A DNA stretch of 64,000 nucleotides from Eledone cirrhosa (taxonomy: Eukaryota), in assembly GCA_964016885.1 (NCBI GenBank), contig OZ024743.1:177134001-177198000 (forward strand), read 5' to 3'. This document shows, piece by piece, positions 51,400 through 64,000 of the stretch (its first letter is position 1; the number at the start of each line of letters is the position of its first letter). The translations under genes were made by a program, and so were the position numbers. The notes beneath the pieces are model-generated. The model worked only from the letters and a program-made list of their open reading frames with translations. It was not told the origin of the DNA and made no database searches.

Positions 51400-51960
51400 A
51401 AGCTATTGAATTTTTACATAGACAGCTGCTAACTTATTGAATTGTCTCGCTGCGGACCCACCACAGACTGTTTCGACCTCCATCCGCTGTCTTGTCGCTA
51501 CAGTCCCGGCCACCTTCCACGCCATGTTGATCTCTATGAGTTAATAAAGCATGGCTTTGATGTTGTAGCCGTCCCCTCTCAGCTTCAGTCGGCGGGGCTG
51601 GACCAAAGAGACGGCAAAACGCCAGACGACATAACCATCTTCCTGTTCCACGGAGGTAAGCCCCATCATATGAGATGTCACATGCAGCGGCACTTTCTTG
51701 AGCGGAAACCTGGTGCAGTCAGTGGAAATTGCTAGTGTCTTTGTCTCTAGGACCACCTTTCGACTTACCTCTATCGGCATAGAGTTGGCTACCCGCTGGT
51801 GTGAGCCTCGCAAGCTGGAATGGCTCTTCCAACGCGACTCCCTCACTATACTCCAGGGAAACGCCTTCTCTTTTCTGTCCGCCGGAGCTGCAGGGTGACC
51901 ATCGCCTGGGTCCTCGTTTGCTTATAATAGTGGGGATGGGGAGAGCAAGAGACAGAGGTA
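51400..51960 (+). pseudogene. CRE-type non-LTR retrotransposon restriction-like endonuclease remnant
   Basis: HPLSC..PRH..GLDQRDGKTPD..GGK..DVTC and WLFQR.SL.ILQGNA; short related copy at 51055-51150. Confidence 0.75.
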
Positions 51961-52124
51961 GTGACTATACCAGCATTGCTGAAGTATTTTGTAATATCAC
52001 ATCGAAGTTGAAGTTGCAGTCAAATTAGCTGTGTACACAGACATAAAACGGACATAAAATAAAAACGATGATGGTGAACTTTAAAACAGCAAAAGACAGC
52101 TGTTAAATATTTTGTCTGACTTAC

Positions 52125-52181
52125 TTCTTTTTGGAATGTAACAGGTCACGAAACTATTCATCGAACAAAGAGGTACAGAAT
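52125..52181 (-). CDS. DEG/ENaC channel exon (thumb), 57 bp
   Basis: ttcAG|AT TCT...AGA A|GTAAGT; SVPLCSMNSFVTCYIPKR; phase joins the 48738 acceptor. Confidence 0.88.
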
Positions 52182-52668
52182 CTGAAATATAAATCACATT
52201 AAACAGAGTTTCAAGATTATTCATCAAATATTCTCTTTTACTCCTTTATCCGTTACAGCCATCCGGCTGAGTCCATGCTGGGGCACCGCCCTTATTGCTA
52301 CACATTCTATCTCCATCCCGTGTTGGCTGGTCATTGGTGCAGGAGGGAGTTCGTTGCTGTTGCCCTTAGGTTACCTTCGTACCGTCATGTGGGCTCATCC
52401 GGGATCCTGAATAGCAGGGTGTCGAGATGTTACTTGAAACATCCACGTCCACACCATGCAGATCTCTCAAATCCCTTGGCAGATTGTTGAAGAGTTGAGG
52501 GTCTTTGAACCCCAGGCTATTGCACTATCTGTTCCTTATTCTAGATGTATTTGTTATTACTATTAACGATAATATTCCACCTGTGTTTCTATATCATTAC
52601 ATAATTCCATGTCTAATTCTTTAAAATTTACACAGACGAACATGCACACCTATACATACACAGACACG

Positions 52669-53170
<502 letters not shown>

Positions 53171-53237
53171 TATTTGTGTGTATATATATATATAGAGAGA
53201 TAGATATATATAGACAGAGATAGAGATTGATAGATAT

Positions 53238-55468
53238 ATTTCTTTATTAGCCACAAGGGCACAAAAGAAGGGGACAAATACAAATGAGAAGTTTACATAC
53301 AGGTATATGAAAATAAAACTATTAATACAATAACAAATAACAATTGAAATCCCCAATAGGGGGGAGGTGTTACACAGGTGATGTACACACCCCGAAAAAA
53401 TGTACAACCCTCATCTTTAGGAGCACCAAGAGTGAGTACTCCCTTCCTCTCTTCCTCTTTTTTCTCAACCTACAGGCTTATATAGGCCATCTTTACCACA
53501 TTCACCCACTTTTTATAAAATTTGCTGGGGTACAGCACCTCTCCCTCTATCCTGATTCTTCTTCCAAAATGATATTTGAAAAAACGAATCAGTTGCTCGC
53601 CGGAGAGAAAGGTGTCTGACCTCAGCCCTTTTAACCTCGTCCACCATATAACCTCTTTCACCATAGCCATAACACATAGGAAAACCGCCTCTCCCTCGTT
53701 TTTGAAGGAGGGTGGCGGTTTGATCATGACAATGGACTCGGTGGTCAACTGGATTGGTCCCACCCGCGACAATAGTCGTTCTACATAGCCCCACAGGTCG
53801 GTAACGCCCGGGCAGTGTACAAATGCGTGTGCGACAGTTTCCTCGTCGCGCACGCATCTCGGACAGATATTTTCGAAGGGTCCCTACCCGGGCGCCCGTG
53901 TCTGTAGAGCTTGTCTCGAACTGGTAGAGCTCCTCGGTAGCACTGCCAGACCAGGGACTTTTCGAAGTTGTCCATTGGTCCCGCGCGGAAGGTCCTACCG
54001 AACAGACTGGCCAGTTCGTCCTCCTCTACGCCTAGAGTTTCTTAGAGCGTGTCGTCGCACTTGCTGCGGACCAACCCCCTATAGAATGTCGAAGTGGAGT
54101 CTCCACTGATCGCCGGGTCCGTTTGCCAGAGGACTGTGAGCGCCTGAGTACATTCGATATGCTAGTCGCCCATTTTCCTCGGTCTTTGCTTGACTCAGGT
54201 CTGCAGCTCGGTCAGCGAGACGAGTCGTGAAGGCTCGCCTCACGAACGGGGCCCACACCGGTTGTCTGGTGAGGAATACGTGGAGGTGCCGCAGGCTGAG
54301 CGCGTGTTTGCACATCGTCAGCCACGGCATCCCCAGCCCTCCGTTTGAAGGGTGTTGGCAGCAGATGGATTTTCTCACCAAAGGAGCCCGTTTCTTCCAA
54401 AGGAATTGGAAGAGCGCGCGCTCCATTTTAGTGAGCATTTTGGCTGGACAAGGCACAACGGTCAAGCGGTAGTAGATGACGGACGCTATAAAAGTGTTCG
54501 CCACCTCCGCTCGACCTTTCAAGGGTAGTTTGCACTCGGCCCACTTCTGGTTGAGCGCAAACACCTTGGCCGTCAACTCGTTCCAGTTCTTCTCCACCTG
54601 GAGGTCAGGAACAAACCAGACCCCGAGCAGCTTTACCGGTCCTTCCGTCCAGCGTCCGACAACGTCACCGGAAGGCATCGGTTTGCCTCTCTACGTTCCG
54701 AGTTGCAAACCGACGGATTTGTCCCGGTTCACATTCGCTCCTGGGAACCTTTCGTATTCCTCCAGTAAGGCGCCGATCTCCCCTATGTGCGAGGTACTCG
54801 TAACCATTACTGTCACGTCGTCGGCGTAGGCCGATGCCGCTTTTCGCAGTCCCGGTTCCAAAGGGATGCCCTGCAATAGCTCCAACTTCCGCAGTAGTGG
54901 CTCGAGAATCAGTACGTACAGAAGGGAGGAGAGAGGGAATCCCTGTCGGATGGATCGCGTGATATGGAACGGCTCCGAGAGGTAGCCGTTCACCTTAACC
55001 CTTGAGCAGATGTTGCTGTTGTGCATTGCAGCAATCCAGCCCCTGAACACGGGACCGAAGCCTGCTGCCTCGAGCACCGCATCCAGGTAACGTTGGTCAA
55101 CCCTATCGAAAGCCTTAGACTGATCCAAGTTGATCAGGGCCCCACCGAAGCCGGGTTTACACCCTACCCTCTCTATGATGTATCGCATGAGGTGGAGGTT
55201 GTCGTGTATGGACCTGGTTGGGATTGCGCATGTCTGCGCTTCTCCCACCAGGTTTTCGACGACAAGCGCCAGCCTCTTTGCTAACACCTTGTCCAAAATC
55301 TGTAACTCTGTGTTGAGCAGAGTTATGGGCCGGAAGTTGCCTATGTCTTCTCCTTTGTTCTCGTCCTTCCTGACTAACGTGATTACGCCCTTGGTCACAG
55401 AACTGGGAATTCTCCCGTTCTGTTGCCAGTTGCAGTAGACCGCTTCCAGGAGACCGGAGAACAAGTCC
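53238..55468 (-). mobile_element. Tx1/L1-clade LINE, 5'-truncated ORF2 pseudogene
   Basis: NFRPITLLN, LDQSKAFDRV, RQGFPLS, YADDV, GGLGMP, ETVAHAFVHCP. Confidence 0.92.
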
Positions 55469-55515
55469 AGATAGATACATAGATAGACAAAATGGCGTAG
55501 GACAGAACAAAGGAG

Positions 55516-55560
55516 AGTCACTGAAGAGGTCACAGAGTGTGTGACGAAAGAACTATGACT
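55516..55560 (+). ncRNA. Minimal hammerhead ribozyme (family D)
   Basis: AGTCA-CTGAAGA-g-GTCACA gagtg TGTGAC-GAAA-G aa C-TA-TGACT; module 55490-55720 is repeated at 60160-60400. Confidence 0.88.
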
Positions 55561-56017
55561 ATATATAAACAACTATCTGGTTGTGGAACCAACCAACCAA
55601 CCAACCAGAAATTTATAAATTTATAAATTTGTAAATTTATAAATATATAATAAATTGAAGTGAAACAACTGGTGCGTGTGTTTCTGATTGGCAACATGAC
55701 CCTCCTAAAGTATAACAATATATATATATATATATATATTTATCTCCAAATTATTTATTTGTTGAGCAAACCTGCCAAATCCACTAGTAACTCATTGTAG
55801 TGGTAGTAGGCTTTTGTCATTTTACCACCCCACTCCTTCCGACTAGCCTCAGTGTCACGTGATTGATTCTTTAGAATCTGCCATTTGACCAGAGACAGTG
55901 AACTTTTTCAGTGCTTTGGAATTCAGTCCCCGCTAGCTGTTCCATCCACCGAATTATTATTATTTTTATATGAGTCCCTAGTGTCCGCGCATTGCCTGGA
56001 GACTTAGCTGAGAATAG

Positions 56018-56099
56018 ACTCCCTGATGACGTAATGAAATCTCGATGGTTACATTGCGTAACTATCTTTATCCCATTACAGAAACTAATTAGTTGGAGT
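56018..56099 (+). ncRNA. Hammerhead ribozyme (family B)
   Basis: ACTCC-CTGATGA-cGTAATG..GATGGTTAC/GTAACTATC..CATTACa-GAAA-CTAATTAG-TT-GGAGT. Confidence 0.9.
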
Positions 56100-56528
56100 G
56101 AAAATTCTAGTAAGTTGATTTTTAATTTTTTAAATTTTCTTATTTTACGTCTCTCATATAATTGTTCTGCATCCTCCTGCATTGAACCACCTAGGTACTA
56201 TGACATAACTTATGTATTTGCTAGCATTAGTGTACATCTGTACGCATATGTTGGTAAATATACTAATTCTCTATATTTACCTCCAAATTATTTTTTTGTT
56301 GAGCAAACCTGCAAAATCCACTAGTAACTCATTGTAGTGGTAGTAGGCTTTTGTCATTTTACCACCCCCACTCCTTCCGACTAGCCTCCGTGTCACGTGA
56401 TTGATTCTTTAGAATTTTTCAGTGCTTTGGAATTTAGTCCCCGCTAGCTGTTCCATCCACCGAATTATTATTATTTTTATATGAGTCCCTAGTGTCCGCG
56501 CATTGCCTGGAGACTTAGCTGAGAATAG

Positions 56529-56610
56529 ACTCCCTGATGACGTAATGAATTCTCGATGGTTACATTGCGTAACTATCTTTATCCCATTACAGAAACTAAT
56601 TAGTTGGAGT
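56529..56610 (+). ncRNA. Hammerhead ribozyme (family B)
   Basis: Tandem copy 511 nt downstream of 56018. Confidence 0.9.
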
Positions 56611-56664
56611 GAAAATTTTAGTAAGTAAGTTGATTTTTAATTTTTAAAATTTTCTTATTTTACG

Positions 56665-56770
<106 letters not shown>

Positions 56771-57080
56771 TTAAATCTTCTCCCTTGCTGATGATCCAGG
56801 ATTTGACATCTGTGATTTGCCGATTAATGGTGAAATATATTTCTTCAATGAAATATATACAAAGGAGATTAATCATTATTGCAAGGTATCTATATTTATG
56901 TCATTCGACTTTTAATTTAATATTAATTGTTTCTCCTTTAGGCACAAGGCCAGCAAATTACCCAGTGCATTACTGGTACTTTATTGCTCGGATGTACTAC
57001 TTGGAATCTTTGAGCTTATTCCACATAAGGCGTATGCTTCTGATATTCTCAGACACGACATCTTTAATCTAACTTTGGTA

Positions 57081-57123
<43 letters not shown>

Positions 57124-58496
57124 AATATACATAGACACACACACACATATAGGCATACACACATACATACACATAGACATACACATACACACATATACAT
57201 TCACATACACACATACATATATAGACAATGCATTTCCTATCTCAGTCAAGATAAAAAAAGCGAACGCACAGGTATACACAAGCTGACATACAAACACTAC
57301 CCCCTCCTACACACACACACACATACGTACACACACAGGCAGACGCACACACGCACACACACACACAAACACATACACACAAGCACTAGACACACACTAG
57401 ACACCCACACCCACATACACACTCACACACACACACACAAAAACACATATATCTATATATAACCGATACACATATATATCTACACATACACATATAATTC
57501 AACATACACACACATATTTACATATACATAGGTACATTTACACATACACACATACAATTCAACATACACACACATATTTACACATACTCATATATATCTA
57601 CGCACACACGCACAGATAATTCAACATACACACTCATATTTACATATACACACGTACATTTACACATACACATATATTTACACATACACATATATATTTA
57701 CACATACACATATATTTACACATACACACATATATTTACACATTCACATATATATTTACACATACACATATAATTCAACATACACATATATTTACACACG
57801 CATACATTTACACATTCACACATACAGTCAGTACCTTTCCTATGTCAGTCATGTTGTTACAATAAGTTCAGTCGTGACAGAAACGGTTTTATATAATATT
57901 TCGATACCAACATTTTTTATTATTAATAAGATATTATTTATAAAATATGAACTTGGTGTTGAAACTCGTGCATGAATCAAATATGATACTACTGCTTTAA
58001 AGTAAGTAACTCTTCCAGGTTGTATGATTGTTCGTATATTTAATAACTGTTTCTACTTTAGGCACAAGGCCAGCAATTTGAAGGGAAGGGGAAAGTCGAT
58101 TAAATCAACCCCAGTGCTTACTAGTACTTTATTTTATCGATCCCATAAGGATGAATGGCAAAGCTAACCTCGGCAATATATTTAATAATCCTAGTATATA
58201 TGGAACACCATTCCTTGCTCATGGAATTGACGATCACGTAGCTGAGCATTTCACAGAGAAGTGCACCTTTGTTCTCAGGAAGAGTCAGTATGACAAGGCT
58301 AGCCTTATAAACCACAAATGTGTTGGACATCCGTCAGTTTCGACGACGAATATTCTAGTTATTTATATTTATATTATCGACGGGATGGGTCCAACAGTTA
58401 TTGAATAAAGGAAATGAATGCTTAATATTAACTTGCTTATAAAAATGTTAAACACAATATTAGCATAATATCGGTAACGTAATGTAAACCGTTTTT

Positions 58497-58755
58497 GTGG
58501 AGGTGCGTGGCCTGGTGGTAACGGTGTTGGACTTACAATAATAATATTGAGAGTTCGATTCCTGGATTGAGATGAGTGTTGCTCTAGTATACTCAGTTGA
58601 AAACAAATAACTACCAGCAATAGCTGGGGTTTAACCCTGCGATGGATTGGCGTCCTTTCCAGGGCGTAATCTTGTACTCCCAGTCACTCCACACCAAGTA
58701 ACCGGGATAAGCACCAGCCTGATAAGCCTCCGAACTCAAGAAAGACTTTAGACTT
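58497..58755 (+). mobile_element. tRNA-derived SINE, different family
   Basis: GGAGGTGCGTGGCCTGGTGG A-box, GAGTTCGATTCC B-box, AACCCTGCGATGGATTGGCGTCC body. Confidence 0.65.
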
Positions 58756-59364
58756 AGAATATAAATCTTTAGCCAGTAGCAGTGGATTCCTCCGGCGTTC
58801 TTGGCCCCCTGATCACACCCTACTCACAGATGTGGGAGCAGAGTTGGCTTCCCTCAGTTGTGAGCCCCGCGAGCTGGAGTGGCTGTTCCAGTACGTCTCC
58901 CTCGCCGTCGTTCGGGGTAATGTGTTCTCCATCCTGTCGACCGAGACCCAGAAGCGGAGTGTAAGTTAGTTGGAGGTGGAGGATATTCGTTTGGACGCCA
59001 CGTTTTCTCTATTTATTTACAAACAAAAGTTATACAGTGATGGAAATATTAAACAAATATTAATCTTATATAAACTATTATACGAGATTTAGTTATTTAA
59101 TTTCAAATTTTACTTTTTCACGAAAACCTTAATCTTCTAATCTTTTATTCAGGCAAGCTATTGGTTGAAGGTGGTTCCAACCCTGCGTCTTCCTGACCTC
59201 CCCGAATTCCCCAGTGGCCACAAGGGAGTCCACTCACTCTGGTATCTTATGAGGTAGTGACTGTTACATAACACTTACTTTCGAAATACGTATAACAGCG
59301 ATTGTGTAACAACAAATGAGGTAAATTCTAGGACCTATTGACTTCTACTTCATATCTTATATAT

Positions 59365-59548
59365 AGTGGTAGAACACTGGGAGGTTATATCCGTAGTAAG
59401 TAGAGCACTCAATCCATAGGACGAGTTCGGTATAAAGTTAGTTCCACAACAGTTGGTTTACTAACTGTTGTGGAACTACATCTAGCAAACTCGTCCCATG
59501 GACAGAGTGCTCAACCACTGCTGACATATTCTACCAGTGTTCTGCCAC

Positions 59549-59549
<1 letters not shown>
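59365..59549. repeat. Imperfect 185-nt hairpin
   Basis: Nested pairs AGTGGTAGAACACTGG/CCAGTGTTCTGCCACT, GAGCACTC/GAGTGCTC, TCCATAGGACGAGTT/AACTCGTCCCATGGA, TAGTTCCACAACAGTTGG/CTAACTGTTGTGGAACTA. Confidence 0.85.
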
Positions 59550-59595
<46 letters not shown>

Positions 59596-59857
59596 GTGTG
59601 TGTGTGTCTGTGTGTGTATATTTATATATAAATATATATACACACATATATATATATATACATATATATATATAGATAGATATACATATATATATACATA
59701 TATATATATAGATAGATATACATATATATATACATATATATATACATATATATATATATATACATATATGTATATATATATATATACATATATATATACA
59801 TATATACATATACGTATACATATACATATACATATATATATATATATATACACACAC

Positions 59858-60010
<153 letters not shown>

Positions 60011-60036
60011 GGTATATATATATGTATATATATAAA

Positions 60037-60091
<55 letters not shown>

Positions 60092-60213
60092 CGTTTCTGA
60101 ATTTGTTTAGCAAGATTCTTTATCTGAAATCGTGTGTTGAAACCGACACGCAGAAACAAAATAACGTAGGACAGAACAAAGGAGAGGCACAGAAACAAAG
60201 AAAGGAATCCCCA

Positions 60214-60256
60214 GTCACTGAAGAGGTCACAGAGTGTGTGACGAAAGAACTATGAC
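60214..60256 (+). ncRNA. Minimal hammerhead ribozyme (family D)
   Basis: Core identical to 55516-55560. Confidence 0.85.
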
Positions 60257-60420
60257 AATATATAAACAACTATCTGGTTGTGGAACCAACCAACCAACCA
60301 GAAATTTATAAATTTATAAATTTATTATAATAAATTGAAGTGAAAGCAACTGGTGCGTGTGCTTCTTATTGGCAACATGACCCTCCCAAAGTATAACAAT
60401 ATATATATATATATATATAT

Positions 60421-61673
60421 ATGAAAATAATTGAGCTGCGGCGTTGCAAATGGGTTACATATGAAAATAGTTTGTCCTTCATCAGTGATCTTCCAACCAT
60501 CATAGGAATTTCATCGCTTTAAAGACCATATACCTCCGGTTGGTGCGAACAACGGCTAAAAAAAGTCGTTGGGACACGTAAATAAAGGGGACGCGAGGGT
60601 AAACAAACAAAATGGTTAAGCAACAGAAAGTGAGGAAGGAAAAGACAAGTCCCAGATTTCTATGAATTTAAGTTCGGTGAAATCGTGAACGAGAGAATAA
60701 AGACCATCAAACCTGGTTGAAATGTGAGCAAGGATGGAATTTCGCACAGGTCTAACGGGAGGAAGAAGAGGTCTAGTCTGCGAATTCCGTAAACATAAGT
60801 TCTGTGTAATCGCAGACGAGAGAGAAAAAAAATTCTTACCAGCTTGGCCAGCGTGCGGGAGAAAAAGAATTACACACAGGTCAAACGGGAAGAAAGGGGA
60901 GGAGAGGTAGTGACAGAGAAAGAGTGAGTGAAGGGTGAGGAAGAGGCTAACAGAGAGAGAGACTGCTAGAAAGGGTAAAGATACATAGAACGAAAGAGAC
61001 GGGTAGCAGCAGAGGAAAAATTATATGTGTATATATGAAAATAATGGAGCTGCGGCGTTGCAAATGGGTTACATATGAAAAAAGTTTGTCCTTCATCAGT
61101 GATCTTCCAACCATCATAGGCATTTCATCGCTTTAAAGACCATATACCTCCGGTTGGTGCGAACAACGGCTACAAAAAGTCGTTGGGACACGGAAATAAA
61201 GGGGACGCGAGGGTAAACAAACAAAATGGTTAAGCAACAGAAAGTGAGGAAGGAAAAGACAAGTCCCAGATTTCTATGAATTTAAGTTCGGTGAAATCGT
61301 GAATGAGAGAATAAAGACCATCAAACCTGGTTGAAATGAGAGCAAGGATGGAATTTCGCACAGGTCTAACGGGAGGAAGAAGAGGTCTAGTCTGCGAATT
61401 CGGTAAACATAAGTTCTGTGAAATCGCAGACGAGAGAGAAAAAAAATTCATACCAGCTTGGCCAGCGTGCGGGAGAAAAGAAATCTGGGACTTGTCTTTT
61501 CCTTCCCCACTTTCTGTTGCTTAACCATTTTGTTTGTTTACCCTCGCGTCCCCTTTATTTACGTGTCCCAACGACTTTTTTTAGCCGTTGTTCGCACCAA
61601 CCGGAGGTATATGGTCTTTAAAGCGATGAAATGCCTATGATGGTTGGAAGATCACTGATGAAGGACAAACTAT

Positions 61674-61680
<7 letters not shown>
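60421..61680. mobile_element. Family F: tandem ~614-bp units plus an inverted partial copy, between (TA)n
   Basis: ATGAAAATAAT.GAGCTGCGGCG at 60421 and 61035; 61480-61680 is inverted. Confidence 0.85.
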
Positions 61681-61725
<45 letters not shown>

Positions 61726-62087
61726 TTCTTCATGTGTTTGTCTCTACCAACAAATGTACACCATCATTACTAGTCAACGCCACGACACAGATCCATGAGA
61801 CTAATGGAGGTATACTTTTCTGTTAGATTTACATAGGCGTAATTATATATATATTTATAGTTTATCGTGTGGAAGGAATTCTAGCCATTGGTAAACATTT
61901 TTATGTCAATAAATACATACATATGTATACGCATATAGACATTGCACACGGGAACATACATATATACACAAACACAGACAGTCACATATATATATATACC
62001 ATGGCATATATATATATATATATAAACATATATATATATATATATATATATAAAAACATATATATATATATATATATAAAAAACATA

Positions 62088-62119
<32 letters not shown>

Positions 62120-62363
62120 CATATATATATATATATTCATATATATATATACATATATATATATATATTCATATATATATATATACATATATATATATAC
62201 ATATATATATATATACATATATATATATACATATATATATACATATATACATATATACACATATATATATACATATATACACATATATATATACATACAT
62301 ATATACACATATATATACATATATACACATATATATATATATACATATATATACATATATATA

Positions 62364-62475
<112 letters not shown>

Positions 62476-62621
62476 TTTTGAGTTTATGTTGGTTGTATAC
62501 CAACACCTCAGTATGCAGGCTGGAGCACTCGACGAAGTACGCAGGTTGGTTTGGTTACTCCGGAGTAGTGTAAAATAAAGTTAAATAAAAGTCAAATGAT
62601 TAAAATTTAGCTTCGTTTATT

Positions 62622-62676
62622 ACTGCTATATATATTTCAGTGACAGCCATCTTTGGCTGTGACCTCTTCAGGCAGT
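62622..62676 (-). ncRNA. Hammerhead ribozyme (family C)
   Basis: Minus strand: ACTGC-CTGAAGA-GGTCACAGCCA aaga TGGCTGTCACT-GAAA-TATATA-TA-GCAGT. Confidence 0.88.
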
Positions 62677-63018
62677 TTGAATTAGTATGGTATAGACAAG
62701 TACATATGTTGTTTAGGTGTATGATATTGTCAATACTCTGATATGCCCAGTTCCTTGTTGGGTTGTTAATTCACTGGGGAACTGGAGTCATATGAATTCA
62801 AACAAACGAATTTTAGTGTCACAGGTCCCCTTCTCCTCTCATTGGTCAGTTATTAGTGTTGTCATTGTTGGATTTAGCTTAAAAAGTGATAAAATGGTAG
62901 AAGGGACAAGGTGTTGAAGGAACAAAATATCAAAAAATGTGTCAAACTTCCCATTGTTCAGTTCTGAGAGCATTCCTCAGTCAGATGTCTATAGAATTCT
63001 TTCTCCATACTAATTCAA

Positions 63019-63073
63019 ACTGCCTGAAGAGGTCACAGCCAAAGATGGCTATCACTGAAATATATATAGCAGT
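63019..63073 (+). ncRNA. Hammerhead ribozyme (family C)
   Basis: Inverted copy; one extra stem II mismatch. Confidence 0.85.
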
Positions 63074-63117
63074 AATAAACGAAGCTAAATTTTAATCATT
63101 TGACTTTTATTTAACTT

Positions 63118-64000
<883 letters not shown>

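Noticed and set aside
55469-55572. N-terminal extension of the Tx1 ORF (MFIYSHSS...)
   Set aside because: Read-through into the antisense family D hammerhead module, not LINE sequence
56782-56850. CTGATGA...GAAATATATT as a hammerhead
   Set aside because: No stem I pairing and only a 3-bp stem II; at best a decayed remnant
61725-61850. Candidate further upstream exon of the channel
   Set aside because: AG is present but the frames lack DEG/ENaC cysteine motifs or hit stops; no further exon found up to 64000

Overview
AT-rich, microsatellite-saturated eukaryotic DNA. The SINE and LINE repertoire looks like an octopus genome; this is an inference, not a database match. One host gene is visible: the last four exons (52181-52125, 48738-47226, 45848-45757, 42038-41899, minus strand) of a DEG/ENaC (ASIC-like) channel. 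Its splice phases join cleanly, and one 1.5-kb exon inserts about 460 extra residues into the knuckle region. The rest is mobile DNA: Penelope-like elements (one uninterrupted RT+GIY-YIG ORF at 26091-28118, plus remnants), CR1, Tx1/L1, CRE and RTE LINE remnants, two Helitrons, mariner/pogo-type elements and tRNA-SINEs. The main hidden signal is about 20 canonical-core and about 9 variant minimal type I hammerhead ribozymes (HHRs) in at least 8 sequence families. Nearly all sit in short ORF-less modules wedged into (TA)n tracts, arranged as fold-back palindromes or tandem units. One 535-bp family shows compensatory base changes, and one 480-bp element folds into a rod around a single HHR. All structures were folded by eye; coordinates of degenerate repeats are approximate.
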